A stretch of 64,000 nucleotides of DNA, taken from assembly GCA_934101115.1 (NCBI GenBank), contig CAKOPW010000003.1, positions 10,037 to 74,036 on the forward strand. Reading direction: 5' to 3'. A program made the translations under genes and the position numbers. Positions 18,193 through 27,546 of this stretch are shown in pieces (within the stretch, counting starts at the first letter, position 1; each line of letters opens with the position of its first letter). Source of the DNA: an uncultured Bacilli bacterium (GTDB taxonomy: Bacteria; Bacillota_I; Bacilli_A; RF39; UBA660). A model generated the notes under the pieces. The model saw only the letters and a list, made by a program, of their open reading frames with translations, did no database searches and was not told where the DNA came from.

Positions 18193-18516
18193 CTATCCTA
18201 ATATTTTTGTAATAATTGCTTTTGAAAAACAAATTATTAACCCTCCACCTATTGTCATTACACTACTTGCTCTTTGGCTTGCATCATGACTTTTAAAAGA
18301 CATACCAAATTGGACAACACCAAAGATTAGCATTATTGCTCCTAAAGATTGAACCAAAGTAAAAATAAAATTTGTTAAATTGTTCACTGCTGCTATTGGA
18401 TCATCTGCTGCATAAACAGTTCTAGTATTTAATAATGGAACTAAAGAAAGACCTATCATTTTTAATTTAGATTCAGTCTTTTTTAGTTTGTTTTTTTGTT
18501 TTTCTTTTTCTTTCAT
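18193..18516 (-). CDS. Maff2/VirB2-like small membrane protein
   Basis: 107 aa. Signal-like N-terminus, then ...LVQSLGAIMLIFGVVQFGMSFKSHDASQRASSVMTIGGGLII.... It overlaps the T4CP 3' end, so the true start may be the internal MIGLSL. Confidence 0.5.
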   Translation of the reverse strand: MKEKEKQKNKLKKTESKLKMIGLSLVPLLNTRTVYAADDPIAAVNNLTNFIFTLVQSLGAIMLIFGVVQFGMSFKSHDASQRASSVMTIGGGLIICFSKAIITKILG

Positions 18517-20305
18517 ATTTTCCCTTTCTTTCTAAAAAATCATCTATCTCTTCTGAATAAATGACTTCATATTTATTTTTGATTTTTTCTATTTCATTAA
18601 ATTCAGTATTTTCATCTATTAAAGAAATACTAACTTCTCCAATAGATTCATTTGTTGTTCCATGATAATAATTTTCTCCATTTCCATCGGGAGTAAAATT
18701 AATATTTGGATGTTTTTTTATATCAAATTTTAAATCTATAATTGGTCTTTCGCCACGAATAAAAATTAAACATTTTTTATTGTCTATCATTCTTACTTCA
18801 TCAGGCGTTAATAACTCTCTTCCAGTAATTTGATAATTGGTAGAATAATTACCTTTTAACCCACTTGTTTTGCCATAAGTATTTGTATCAATGGTTTCTT
18901 TTCCCATAAGATTTGATAAAAATTTAAAAGTTTCTTGCTCATTCCCTCCCAAATAAAGTAAAGTATCAGAGTTACCAACAATAGATTCCCATTGTTTTTC
19001 AAAAAGTGCTTTTAGTTGGGTTAAGTTTTGTAGAATAATGGATACAGATACATTTCTACTTCTCATAGTAGATAAAATATTTTCAAAGTCATCAGGTAAA
19101 CTTACATTAGCAAATTCATCCATTAAAAAATGCACATGAACAGGAAGTGCACCATTATAAAAATTATCTGCTAAATAAAATAATTGCTGAAATAATTGAG
19201 TATATAAAATACTGACTATAAAATTAAAAGACTTATCTGTATCAGGTATGATTGCAAATAAGGCTACTTTCTTTTCTCCTAATGAACCTAAATCTAATTC
19301 ATCAGTTTGAGTAAGTTTACTCATTGAATCAAGATTAAATTTTTCTAATCTACTTATTAAAGTTATTTGTATAGATTTTAATGTTTTACCAGCACCAGAT
19401 TTATATCCTTTATAATATTTTATAGCAATATGATCTGGCTCTCTTGCTTCTAATTCATTGAATAGCATATCAAGAGGACTTACATAATAGTCGTCATCCT
19501 CTTTAACATCTCCAGCTCTTATCATTTCCATTACCATAGGAAAATTCTGTTCTTCTTCAGGTGCCTCATACTTTAAATAAAATATTAAAGCAGAAAGTAA
19601 CATGGAAGCAGCAGTGTCCCAGAATGGATCTTGAGATGTTGAACCTTTAGGAGTTGTACTCTTAAAAAGATTGGTAACTAATCTTTGAACATCATTCTCA
19701 TCTTTTATATAAACAAATGGATTATAGCAATGAGATTTTTCCATATTAATTAAATCCAACACTTTAACTTCATAACCTTTTTGTTTCAATAAATTACCTT
19801 CTGCTCTAGTTATTTCACCCTTAGGATCTAGTATTACAAACGATGTATTGGCTTGCATCACATTAGGCTTAGCATAAAATCTTGTTTTACCAGCACCACT
19901 ACCACCAATTACAATAGTATTTAAATTTCTCATATGCTTATGGGCATCATATCCTATAGAAAAATTTCTACTCAATATTTTATTAACTTCAAATGGATAT
20001 TGAGAATATTTCTTATTTAATTCGTGAACATTTCCCCATTTAGCTGAGCCATACTCTTCTCTTTTTCTATAATTCTTTTTATCCATTAAATAAATTGTTA
20101 TTCCGAATACATAAACTAAAACAAAAATAAATACTACTGGTATGGTATTTTTACAAAAAATTATATTAAACGGATGACTTATAACATCACTAAATCCTTC
20201 AATAATATTAAATAGTCCATCAGAGGATATTGGTGCTATAAGTACTCCTAACCATATAACTGGAATAATTCCAAATATATAAACTAAATAATTATCTTTC
20301 TTCAA
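18473..20305 (-). CDS. Type IV coupling protein (TraG/VirD4 family)
   Basis: 610 aa. Two N-terminal TM segments, Walker A VIGGSGAGKTRF and Walker B FLMDEFANV. Confidence 0.85.
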   Translation of the reverse strand: MKKDNYLVYIFGIIPVIWLGVLIAPISSDGLFNIIEGFSDVISHPFNIIFCKNTIPVVFIFVLVYVFGITIYLMDKKNYRKREEYGSAKWGNVHELNKKYSQYPFEVNKILSRNFSIGYDAHKHMRNLNTIVIGGSGAGKTRFYAKPNVMQANTSFVILDPKGEITRAEGNLLKQKGYEVKVLDLINMEKSHCYNPFVYIKDENDVQRLVTNLFKSTTPKGSTSQDPFWDTAASMLLSALIFYLKYEAPEEEQNFPMVMEMIRAGDVKEDDDYYVSPLDMLFNELEAREPDHIAIKYYKGYKSGAGKTLKSIQITLISRLEKFNLDSMSKLTQTDELDLGSLGEKKVALFAIIPDTDKSFNFIVSILYTQLFQQLFYLADNFYNGALPVHVHFLMDEFANVSLPDDFENILSTMRSRNVSVSIILQNLTQLKALFEKQWESIVGNSDTLLYLGGNEQETFKFLSNLMGKETIDTNTYGKTSGLKGNYSTNYQITGRELLTPDEVRMIDNKKCLIFIRGERPIIDLKFDIKKHPNINFTPDGNGENYYHGTTNESIGEVSISLIDENTEFNEIEKIKNKYEVIYSEEIDDFLERKGKYERKRKTKKQTKKD

Positions 20306-20483
20306 TATACTTTCTTGGAAACATTCTCTTTTTCTCTGGTAGATTTAATACTTTTAATAATAATTCATCTACAAAAGTTGTATCCTTTCCTTCCTCAATT
20401 AATTTATTTCTAAATTCATTTAATGCATTTATAATAAGTCCTTCTTCATATTTATCTAATTCTAAAACTTTTACATCTTTCAT
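20292..20483 (-). CDS. Hypothetical small protein (ICE-1)
   Basis: 63-aa ORF, translationally coupled between PcfB-like and T4CP. Confidence 0.45.
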   Translation of the reverse strand: MKDVKVLELDKYEEGLIINALNEFRNKLIEEGKDTTFVDELLLKVLNLPEKKRMFPRKYIEER

Positions 20484-21181
20484 TTAGTTCTACCCTTTGA
20501 TTTATTTATGTTTTTATCAATATTAATCTCTTTACTTACAGATTTATCCTTTATTTCTTTCTTATAATCATTTAACTTTGCTCTAACTGATAGCTTTTTA
20601 CTTTTTAAATTATTACCCTTAATTGGTGAAGTCTTTTGCACTTCTGAGAAAGGCTTTGACAGAGGGCTTTTTTCTGTCTTTGCCAAATGGGGGTTTAAGG
20701 AATTATCTTCTTTCTTTTTGACTCTTGATTTTGGATTTTGCTCCTTACCTTTATTAACACTCTCTCTATTTTTTTCAATGCTAGATATAATTTCTGCTTT
20801 ATTAAATTCTGCAAATTTAAATCTTTCTACAATCCTATTTATTCTTGCTGAATCTTCTTTCCTAACAACTATATCTACTATTCCATCTTTAGATTTATTT
20901 TTTTTATCCACTAATGCACAATAAAGTATTCCATATCTTTTTGCTTCTTGCTGAAACTTTGCAAGATCATCTTTTTTAACAGTAAAAATTGTAAGAGGTT
21001 TACCACTTTTTAGCATACTTGAAAGTTTTGATTTACCACTTGTTTGTTCTTTATTTTTCATGATGGTATATAAAAGCACTGCAATATTTTTAGCACCACT
21101 TCCTGTTACTTTAGCAGCGACCTCAAAGCCTTCTAAACTCATTCTTACAATTTGTTCTGCAGCATCACTTGACTGATTCAT
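20480..21181 (-). CDS. PcfB/DUF3801-family protein
   Basis: 233 aa; ...AAEQIVRMSLEGFEVAAKVTGSGAKNIAVLLYTIMK...SSMLKSGKPLTIFTVKKDDLAKFQQEAKRYGILYCAL... matches my memory of the DUF3801 pattern. Confidence 0.7.
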   Translation of the reverse strand: MNQSSDAAEQIVRMSLEGFEVAAKVTGSGAKNIAVLLYTIMKNKEQTSGKSKLSSMLKSGKPLTIFTVKKDDLAKFQQEAKRYGILYCALVDKKNKSKDGIVDIVVRKEDSARINRIVERFKFAEFNKAEIISSIEKNRESVNKGKEQNPKSRVKKKEDNSLNPHLAKTEKSPLSKPFSEVQKTSPIKGNNLKSKKLSVRAKLNDYKKEIKDKSVSKEINIDKNINKSKGRTK

Positions 21182-22351
21182 TTACTCATTCCTTTCCTTT
21201 TGATTTTCTTTTTCTAATCCCTCGATTTTTTCTTTAATGGATTTAGATTCAACATTTATTTCATTACATAAATCTATTTCTTTTTTTAATTTAGGTAATT
21301 CTTCATTTATTTCTTTTATCTTTTTCATGATTCGTATTTTTTCTTGTTCATTATTAATACTAGAAAATTGTTTTCTTAACTTCTTTCTAATATTGATTAA
21401 ATCATCATATTTATTATTTATCATAATTTCATACCTTCTAAATGATTCATCATCAGTTATTTGTTCTCTATCAAACATTCTAATAATTGAATTGTATTTT
21501 TCCAATTTCATAACATCATCTTTGATATAGGTATAGTTATTATATTTTTTATTAGGATAAACTTTTAATAGATAACAATAATATCTATATAAAGCAACAA
21601 TTCCGTGATGCCTTTGATTAAAATTTTTCTTATAAAAGCTCTTATTATTTTGAGATACATCGTCAATATATTCTTCCTCTAATATTCTTGATTTAATATT
21701 ATCTATAGAATATTCTTCACCAAAGTATCTCTCAATTCTAATATTTCTTTTATAATCTAAATTTCTAACTGAAAGTTTTCCATATCTATTCTGAACTTCA
21801 TAATTCATAGAAGACAGTATTTCAATAAATTCTTTATAATTTGATGATTTAGCTATAGCAATATCTATATCTTTTTTGTTTTTTTTATAATAGTTATTTC
21901 TGTTAGTATTCTTAAGATAATACGGAAAGTAAATTCTACCTTTAGATGTTGGCTTTTCATCTAAGACTGATAATCCATATTCTTTACATAAATCATCACT
22001 AATTTCTCTTAATCTTGCTGTTGATGATCTATTAGAATAAAATTTCATGCCATCAACAAATGAAACTGAATTAACAATAAAATGATTATGAAAATGCTTA
22101 GTGTTTAAATGAGTTGAAACTACTACTTCAAATCTATCACCCCACATTTCATTTGCTAGTCTAACTCCAATTTCATGAGCTAATTCTGGAGTAACTTCTC
22201 CCTCTTTAAATGATTGATAACCATGAAATCCTAAAATACCTTTTGTTTTATTAAATAATCTTTTAGTCTGATTCATTTGCTGTAAAGCTGTAGCTATTTC
22301 ACAATTAATTCCAGATACATAAAAAAATTCCTCAGTCTTATCTTTATTCAT
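21182..22351 (-). CDS. Relaxase/mobilisation nuclease (PF03432-type, MOBP-like); coordinates are ATG-bounded, see the finding on the missing start
   Basis: ...FHGYQSFKEGEVTPELAHEIG...VVVSTHLNTKHFHNHFIVN (HxDx..HxH-type metal motif). An in-frame conserved N-terminal extension runs up to 22471. Confidence 0.8.
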   Translation of the reverse strand: MNKDKTEEFFYVSGINCEIATALQQMNQTKRLFNKTKGILGFHGYQSFKEGEVTPELAHEIGVRLANEMWGDRFEVVVSTHLNTKHFHNHFIVNSVSFVDGMKFYSNRSSTARLREISDDLCKEYGLSVLDEKPTSKGRIYFPYYLKNTNRNNYYKKNKKDIDIAIAKSSNYKEFIEILSSMNYEVQNRYGKLSVRNLDYKRNIRIERYFGEEYSIDNIKSRILEEEYIDDVSQNNKSFYKKNFNQRHHGIVALYRYYCYLLKVYPNKKYNNYTYIKDDVMKLEKYNSIIRMFDREQITDDESFRRYEIMINNKYDDLINIRKKLRKQFSSINNEQEKIRIMKKIKEINEELPKLKKEIDLCNEINVESKSIKEKIEGLEKENQKERNE

Positions 22352-22475
22352 TGCATAATCAATAGCAACATTTAAATCAATAAGATTGGAATTAGTCTTT
22401 TTTCTATCCTCTGCATAATCAATAGTTCTGCCTAAATTACTCCCTATTTTCCATAATTTTGTTACTGCTATAAAA

Positions 22476-22805
22476 TCACCTTCTTATCCTACCAATATCT
22501 AAAACTTTATCTCTTATTTCTAAAATTAGTTTATCTAATTCTTTTTTATAATGTTCTAAATAAATATAATTAACAGTTCCCGTTTGATTAGAAACCTTTG
22601 CTATTTGATTTATATTAATTCCTATCTTTCTAATCTCATAAGTTAATTTATTAATTTCTTTATTAAGATTAGTATTAGGCATATAATCATTAACCAATGA
22701 TCTAAAAAATTCTGACTCAGTAATTCCTAAATCAAAACATTTTTTTCTTAACAATTTTTCTTCTTCACTCGTTAGTCTTATGTTCTTCTGTCTTGTTCTT
22801 TTCAT
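22476..22805 (-). CDS. mobC: MobC-family relaxosome accessory protein
   Basis: 109 aa; ...NIRLTSEEEKLLRKKCFDLGITESEFFRSLV...IRKIGININQIAK.... Confidence 0.8.
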   Translation of the reverse strand: MKRTRQKNIRLTSEEEKLLRKKCFDLGITESEFFRSLVNDYMPNTNLNKEINKLTYEIRKIGININQIAKVSNQTGTVNYIYLEHYKKELDKLILEIRDKVLDIGRIRR

Positions 22806-22917
22806 AAGATCCCAATTCTAAATCAGATTTTTTAGAAATTATACACATACACATTAATGTTATACCTGATAATCCTCCTATCATTAAACCTAATAGGAAA
22901 AATAAAAAATTACTCAT
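22765..22917 (-). CDS. Small hydrophobic peptide upstream of mobC (DUF3789-like?)
   Basis: Read from the sequence as MSNFLFFLLGLMIGGLSGITLMCMCIISKK.... It overlaps the mobC start. Similar mini-ORFs precede mobC in related elements, as far as I recall. Confidence 0.3.
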   Translation of the reverse strand: MSNFLFFLLGLMIGGLSGITLMCMCIISKKSDLELGSYEKNKTEEHKTNE

Positions 22918-22940
22918 AATTTTGTTCCTTTCTATATTAA

Positions 22941-23035
22941 GGGGATTGGGGTTTCCCCATATTTGAATTTGAAAGCACCTTCAAGGGTGCTATACAAATT
23001 CATTGCTTGCTAGTAATGAGGATATTACTCCTCAT
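22941..23035 (-). promoter_or_regulatory. Hairpin cluster; candidate oriT and/or terminator of ICE-1
   Basis: Three stem-loops lie within 95 bp: ggggattggggtttcccc (22941-22958), agcacc/ggtgct (22974-22991) and atgagga/tcctcat (23016-23035). They sit immediately upstream of the mobC-relaxase operon. Confidence 0.35.
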
Positions 23036-23207
23036 CTTCTGTTTCTTGGTCATTATTTTTTACTGACTTAATAGTTATCATAGACTCAGTATCATTTTCT
23101 TTTAGAAAATCGCTTATGGCTTCCATAACTGCACGATCACTGCTATCAGCCTTTACCACGTAACTATTGTATGATTCTGCAAATATTTCTACAGTATATT
23201 CTTTCAT
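23025..23207 (-). CDS. Small, strongly acidic protein
   Basis: 60 aa with 16 Asp/Glu against 6 Lys/Arg, and a C-terminal ETEDEE tail. It sits between ssb and the oriT candidate. Confidence 0.5.
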   Translation of the reverse strand: MKEYTVEIFAESYNSYVVKADSSDRAVMEAISDFLKENDTESMITIKSVKNNDQETEDEE

Positions 23208-23242
23208 TATTTTCTCCTTTCTATAAAGTTAAAGAGATGAAT

Positions 23243-23590
23243 TTATCTTTCATCTCTTGCTTCTTGTTCTTTACTTCTACTTGATAGAAATGTTACCTTT
23301 TCTGCAATAACATCTGTTGAGAATCTTGTTTCTCCATCTTTCTCATAAGAGTTAGATTGCATTCTTCCTTTAACACCTACTATGTCTCCTTTTTTACAAT
23401 ATTCAGAACAATTTTCAGCAACTCTATCAAACATTTTTGCTGAAATAAAATCAGTTTCATAAACACCTTCTGCATTTTTAAATGTTCTAGGAATTGCTAA
23501 TGTTACTACTGCATATTTATTACCATTCTCAGATTCTTGTAATTCAATATCCTTAGTAAGTCTTCCAACAAATATAACTTGATTTAACAT
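23243..23590 (-). CDS. ssb: Single-stranded DNA-binding protein
   Basis: MLNQVIFVGRLTKDIELQESENGNKYAVVTLAIPRTFKN...GDIVGVKGRMQSNSYE. A strong RBS aaaggaggtggg precedes this ATG; the longer track ORF start is less likely. Confidence 0.85.
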   Translation of the reverse strand: MLNQVIFVGRLTKDIELQESENGNKYAVVTLAIPRTFKNAEGVYETDFISAKMFDRVAENCSEYCKKGDIVGVKGRMQSNSYEKDGETRFSTDVIAEKVTFLSSRSKEQEARDER

Positions 23591-23609
23591 TTTCCCACCT
23601 CCTTTCGTG

Positions 23610-23846
23610 CTATTTTTTAAACTCATTATCTTTATCACCTTCTTTCAAAATAAAAAAAGTCATAAAATTTTTGTTTCTTATGGCTTCTCTCAACAATTTA
23701 ATATTTTTAATATCATCAGTTGTTATACCTTTAATATTAAAAATATCATCAATCTTGATATTTCTAATTTTCTCATCAGAATCTATTCCATTTTTTATCA
23801 ATTTTAGAATAGTTTTATATCTTAAATTAATTATTTTATTTTCCAA
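23610..23846 (-). CDS. Hypothetical small protein
   Basis: 78-aa ORF in operon context. No clear motif. Confidence 0.4.
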   Translation of the reverse strand: MENKIINLRYKTILKLIKNGIDSDEKIRNIKIDDIFNIKGITTDDIKNIKLLREAIRNKNFMTFFILKEGDKDNEFKK

Positions 23847-23855
23847 TCTATCCTC

Positions 23856-24482
23856 CTATTCTAGTTCTAATATCATAACTATTTGTTTTTCAGTATTATG
23901 CCTACAAGTAATTAAAGTTAATGTTGTTTTAGATAAGTTCCTTTTAATTTCAACTTTACCATTCTTATCAACATCATAAATATTAACTACTTTATAAGTA
24001 TAAGTTTTATCTTTGTAATCAACTGTTGCCTCATCCCCAATTTCTAATTTATTTAAATTTCTAAAATAAGAAATTCTTGCATTACCAGAGTGAGCAGCAA
24101 GTATTAAGTTACCACCAATAACATCAGGCATATTAGAACCTTTTATTATTTGTACATTATATTTAACATTATTTAAATAACTAGATTCATCAACTAATCC
24201 TCTAACTAAATTAATTTTATTAATTTTAAGCACTGCAACATAATTGATTTTTTTATTTTCTGCTTGTTTGTTATCTGAATCACTTTCTATATTTTCTTGT
24301 TCAGTTTCTTCATTTGATAAATCATCTTGATAAAATTCTTGAATCATTTTTTCTTCTTGCTTATCGTTAAAATAATTAAGGAGCAATTTGTAATTGCCCC
24401 CTATTATTGCAAATAATATTAAAATAATTCCTATAATTATATATTTATTAAATTTTATTTTTTTCATATCGTATCCTTCCAT
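23856..24482 (-). CDS. Sortase (ICE-1 copy)
   Basis: 208 aa. N-terminal TM, LILAAHSGN (His) and TLTLITC (TLxTC Cys motif). The start may be M6 (24467), behind GGAAGGA. Confidence 0.8.
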   Translation of the reverse strand: MEGYDMKKIKFNKYIIIGIILILFAIIGGNYKLLLNYFNDKQEEKMIQEFYQDDLSNEETEQENIESDSDNKQAENKKINYVAVLKINKINLVRGLVDESSYLNNVKYNVQIIKGSNMPDVIGGNLILAAHSGNARISYFRNLNKLEIGDEATVDYKDKTYTYKVVNIYDVDKNGKVEIKRNLSKTTLTLITCRHNTEKQIVMILELE

Positions 24483-24501
24483 ACAAAATAAAAACAGAAT
24501 A

Positions 24502-24963
24502 CTAATCCTTGTATTCTATCTCCATATAATATTCTTCTGATATAAGATCACTCTCATCCTTTGTTGCAACTTTATCTTCGTACAATATTGATTCTTTATG
24601 AAGTTGCTTAAGTAAATCTATAATGGCTTTATCTTCATATCTATACTCATAATATGAATCATTTATTCTAAAATTTTCTGCTAATAATTCATTATAAATA
24701 TTCATTTCATGCTCTAATGTTTTTCCACTTGCAAATTTAAATACTTTAATATATTTAATATCATTTATTTCTTTTTTATCCTCAAGTTCTAATTTAAGAA
24801 ATTTATTGTTAAGTATGTTATATATTTCAGTTAAGATTTTCTTTTCCTTTATACCATCATATTTTTCATTATAAATCATCCTTACTTTTTCTAATAATAT
24901 TAAATCATTTAAATTTATTGTCTTTCTAACCTTCATATTCTCACCACAAGAACATGATAACAT
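24502..24963 (-). CDS. Hypothetical protein
   Basis: 153-aa ORF between the adhesin and the sortase. It has no counterpart in the ICE-2 cassette. Confidence 0.45.
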   Translation of the reverse strand: MLSCSCGENMKVRKTINLNDLILLEKVRMIYNEKYDGIKEKKILTEIYNILNNKFLKLELEDKKEINDIKYIKVFKFASGKTLEHEMNIYNELLAENFRINDSYYEYRYEDKAIIDLLKQLHKESILYEDKVATKDESDLISEEYYMEIEYKD

Positions 24964-25020
24964 TTAGCTTATAAAAAGAAAAATCTGTAAATTTTAATTT
25001 TATACATTTATTAATGTTAA

Positions 25021-27492
25021 TTATTTTTTTCTATTCTTTTTTACTCCATAAGCAATAGTTCCTATACCTGCAACACCAACAATTATAGCAATAATTACAT
25101 ATTGATTATTATCAGTAATATAAGTATTAGGTACTTCTACTATTTGGTTGTCTTTCATAACTGATTTAACTATTTCTCCATCCTCTTTTATTTCAAAGAA
25201 CATTTTATCAGGATTAATCTCCCATCCTTCTTTGGCTTCTTTTTCAAGAATATAGTATTTGCCAACAGGAAGTCTGTTTATTATGATTTTTCCATTTTCA
25301 TCAGTCACACCTGTAAAAACTAACTCATCATTTTCAGTATATATTTCTATTTTTGTATCTGGAAGTGGCTTACTAGTTGAAAAATCTATTTTAGTAAATT
25401 CTAATTTCCCTGATGCCAAATGATTTTTAATTGAAGTTGTATATTCGATTGTATCAGTATATTGATCCTTATACTTTAATTCAAATTCATATTTAGTTTT
25501 ATCCAATACATGATTTCCAACAGTTGCTATTTCTTGTAAATAATATTTTCCTAGATGAAGATTATCTATTTTAATATTACCATCTTTATCAGTTAATACT
25601 TCTTTTACTAAATCACCTTTTTTATAAATTACTTTTCCTGTTCCATCAGTGATGTTTTCATTAGCATATAAACCGAATTTAACTCCTTTTAATTCTATTT
25701 CTTTATATTCATATCCATTTTCTTTAAGTTCTACATTTTCACCTTTCTTATTTACTTTAATAGTACCTTTTACTTCTTTATTTTCAAATTTAACCTCAAA
25801 TAATATTCCATATTCATTATCGTTGATTAATTTTGAATCTTCACCTATAGTGAATTTTTGAGATTCTTTATTCCATAAATATTTATCGATTACTTGATCA
25901 ATTTCTTCTAATTTATAATTACCACTTTCTAATGGATTAGGTGTGATTAATTCACCATCATTATTAGTACAAAACTTATCAAGTGTTTCTTTCTTAGGAT
26001 ATGTTACTGATTGTGATACATATTCATTTTTATCTGTATTGAATATTCGAAAACAAATATTAGATCTTTTAATTACTTCTTTAGTATCTTTATCTATCTT
26101 AACAACTTTTAATTTTGCTGTTATTTTAGCATTAGAAATTGTGTAATAAATTTTACTACCACTTTCCCTTACATCTAAATTAAAATCATCTACCTTAGTT
26201 GTATCCTTTGAAGTTGTAAGTTGTTTAACTGTATAGCTTCCATAAACCAAATTAACTGTAAGTTTTCCGTTTTTATCAGTAACTCCTTTAGTAAATAATT
26301 TCCCTTTATTATTGTAAAATCCAAATTCAACATTTGGCTCTGGTGTCATTATTTCCGATTTGTTTATTGCATATACTTTTGTAATTTCTACATCTCTATT
26401 AATAACTTTTTCGTTAACTGCTATTTCATTATCAATATTTTCTAAAGTACTTTCAAAATAATATTTATTAGTATCTAATTCGTAACCCTTAGATGGAAGA
26501 ATCTCTTTTAAGTAGTATTTCGCAAAGGCTGGTAAATGTTCTAGTTTACCTTTCCCATCTTTTCCAGTTGTAACTTTAGAAACTAATGCATCAGTTTCAG
26601 CATTATATATTCCATAAACTGCCCCTTCTAAGGTTGCTTCACCACTAGGAATTGTTGAATTGTTATCTCTATCATACTTTGTAAATTCAACTTTACCTCC
26701 AAGTGATTCAATATTAACTACTGATAGTGCTGGATCTACAACTCCTGATGACATCATAGTTTGTTTGCCACTTGAGTAATAAACTAAATATTCTCTATCA
26801 GTATATAATCTCTTTTTAAATTGCAATGTTACTTTACCAATTTTAGTTGTTTTAACTATTAATTTGTTTCCATCAATTCTAACTTCTGCACCATTGCTTG
26901 CTGATACATAATAATTTGATAAAACATTGTTTATATCTGTAAGTATTACTTCTTCTCCTACTTTTGCATTAATAGTAGTTCCATTGAATGAAGGTCTTAC
27001 ATAATGATTTCTTACTAATCTTTCTATTTCATTTCTTTGAGTACTAATATCATATATAGTACCTTGTGCCCATCTCCTTGATGAAAATACAGTTTGATCT
27101 GCATTTATTGTTTCCCATAAAAGAGCTTGAGTTGCTGCTCTATATTCAGTTGTTTGATGTCCAGTATAGTCATAACCATAATATGCAATTAACATTATTC
27201 TTTCTTTTTGTTCATTTGAAATATTATATGAATCTAAATTTCCAGTTTGATAAGTATCTCCTTCTGGAATACCTGGTTGAATACAATATGCTATTCTTCC
27301 ATTAAATTCATACCATGTTAAATGCCAACTATGATAATTTCCATCATCTGGTTGAATTCTTTGCCACCACCAACCACTATCAGTCATTTTTAATGTGGTT
27401 GATTCAGCGTTAACTGTGTGAGTGCCTACAACTAATCCTACAACTGAAAGTGTTAGTGCAAATACTCCCATTAATATTTTCTTTATTTTCAT
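25021..27492 (-). CDS. Surface adhesin with a putative N-terminal Cys-Gln thioester domain, repeated Cna-B/SpaA-like domains and a C-terminal sorting signal
   Basis: 823 aa. Signal peptide; IAYCIQPG (thioester Cys motif) and AATQALLWE (TQxxxW Gln motif); repeated ...GKYYLQE.../...GKYYILEKEA... modules. The C-terminus is VPNTY, then a hydrophobic helix, then KKNRKK. Confidence 0.7.
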   Translation of the reverse strand: MKIKKILMGVFALTLSVVGLVVGTHTVNAESTTLKMTDSGWWWQRIQPDDGNYHSWHLTWYEFNGRIAYCIQPGIPEGDTYQTGNLDSYNISNEQKERIMLIAYYGYDYTGHQTTEYRAATQALLWETINADQTVFSSRRWAQGTIYDISTQRNEIERLVRNHYVRPSFNGTTINAKVGEEVILTDINNVLSNYYVSASNGAEVRIDGNKLIVKTTKIGKVTLQFKKRLYTDREYLVYYSSGKQTMMSSGVVDPALSVVNIESLGGKVEFTKYDRDNNSTIPSGEATLEGAVYGIYNAETDALVSKVTTGKDGKGKLEHLPAFAKYYLKEILPSKGYELDTNKYYFESTLENIDNEIAVNEKVINRDVEITKVYAINKSEIMTPEPNVEFGFYNNKGKLFTKGVTDKNGKLTVNLVYGSYTVKQLTTSKDTTKVDDFNLDVRESGSKIYYTISNAKITAKLKVVKIDKDTKEVIKRSNICFRIFNTDKNEYVSQSVTYPKKETLDKFCTNNDGELITPNPLESGNYKLEEIDQVIDKYLWNKESQKFTIGEDSKLINDNEYGILFEVKFENKEVKGTIKVNKKGENVELKENGYEYKEIELKGVKFGLYANENITDGTGKVIYKKGDLVKEVLTDKDGNIKIDNLHLGKYYLQEIATVGNHVLDKTKYEFELKYKDQYTDTIEYTTSIKNHLASGKLEFTKIDFSTSKPLPDTKIEIYTENDELVFTGVTDENGKIIINRLPVGKYYILEKEAKEGWEINPDKMFFEIKEDGEIVKSVMKDNQIVEVPNTYITDNNQYVIIAIIVGVAGIGTIAYGVKKNRKK

Positions 27493-27546
27493 TCTGCTTT
27501 CCTCCTTAATTTGAAAATAAAAAAAGCACTAATTTCTTAGTACAAT

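Noticed and set aside
22941-23035. A confident oriT call for ICE-1 based on the hairpins.
   Set aside because: No clean nick consensus is present (only ATCCTC/AATCCCC), and at least one hairpin plus U-tract can be explained as the terminator of the upstream gene. It is kept only as a low-confidence candidate.
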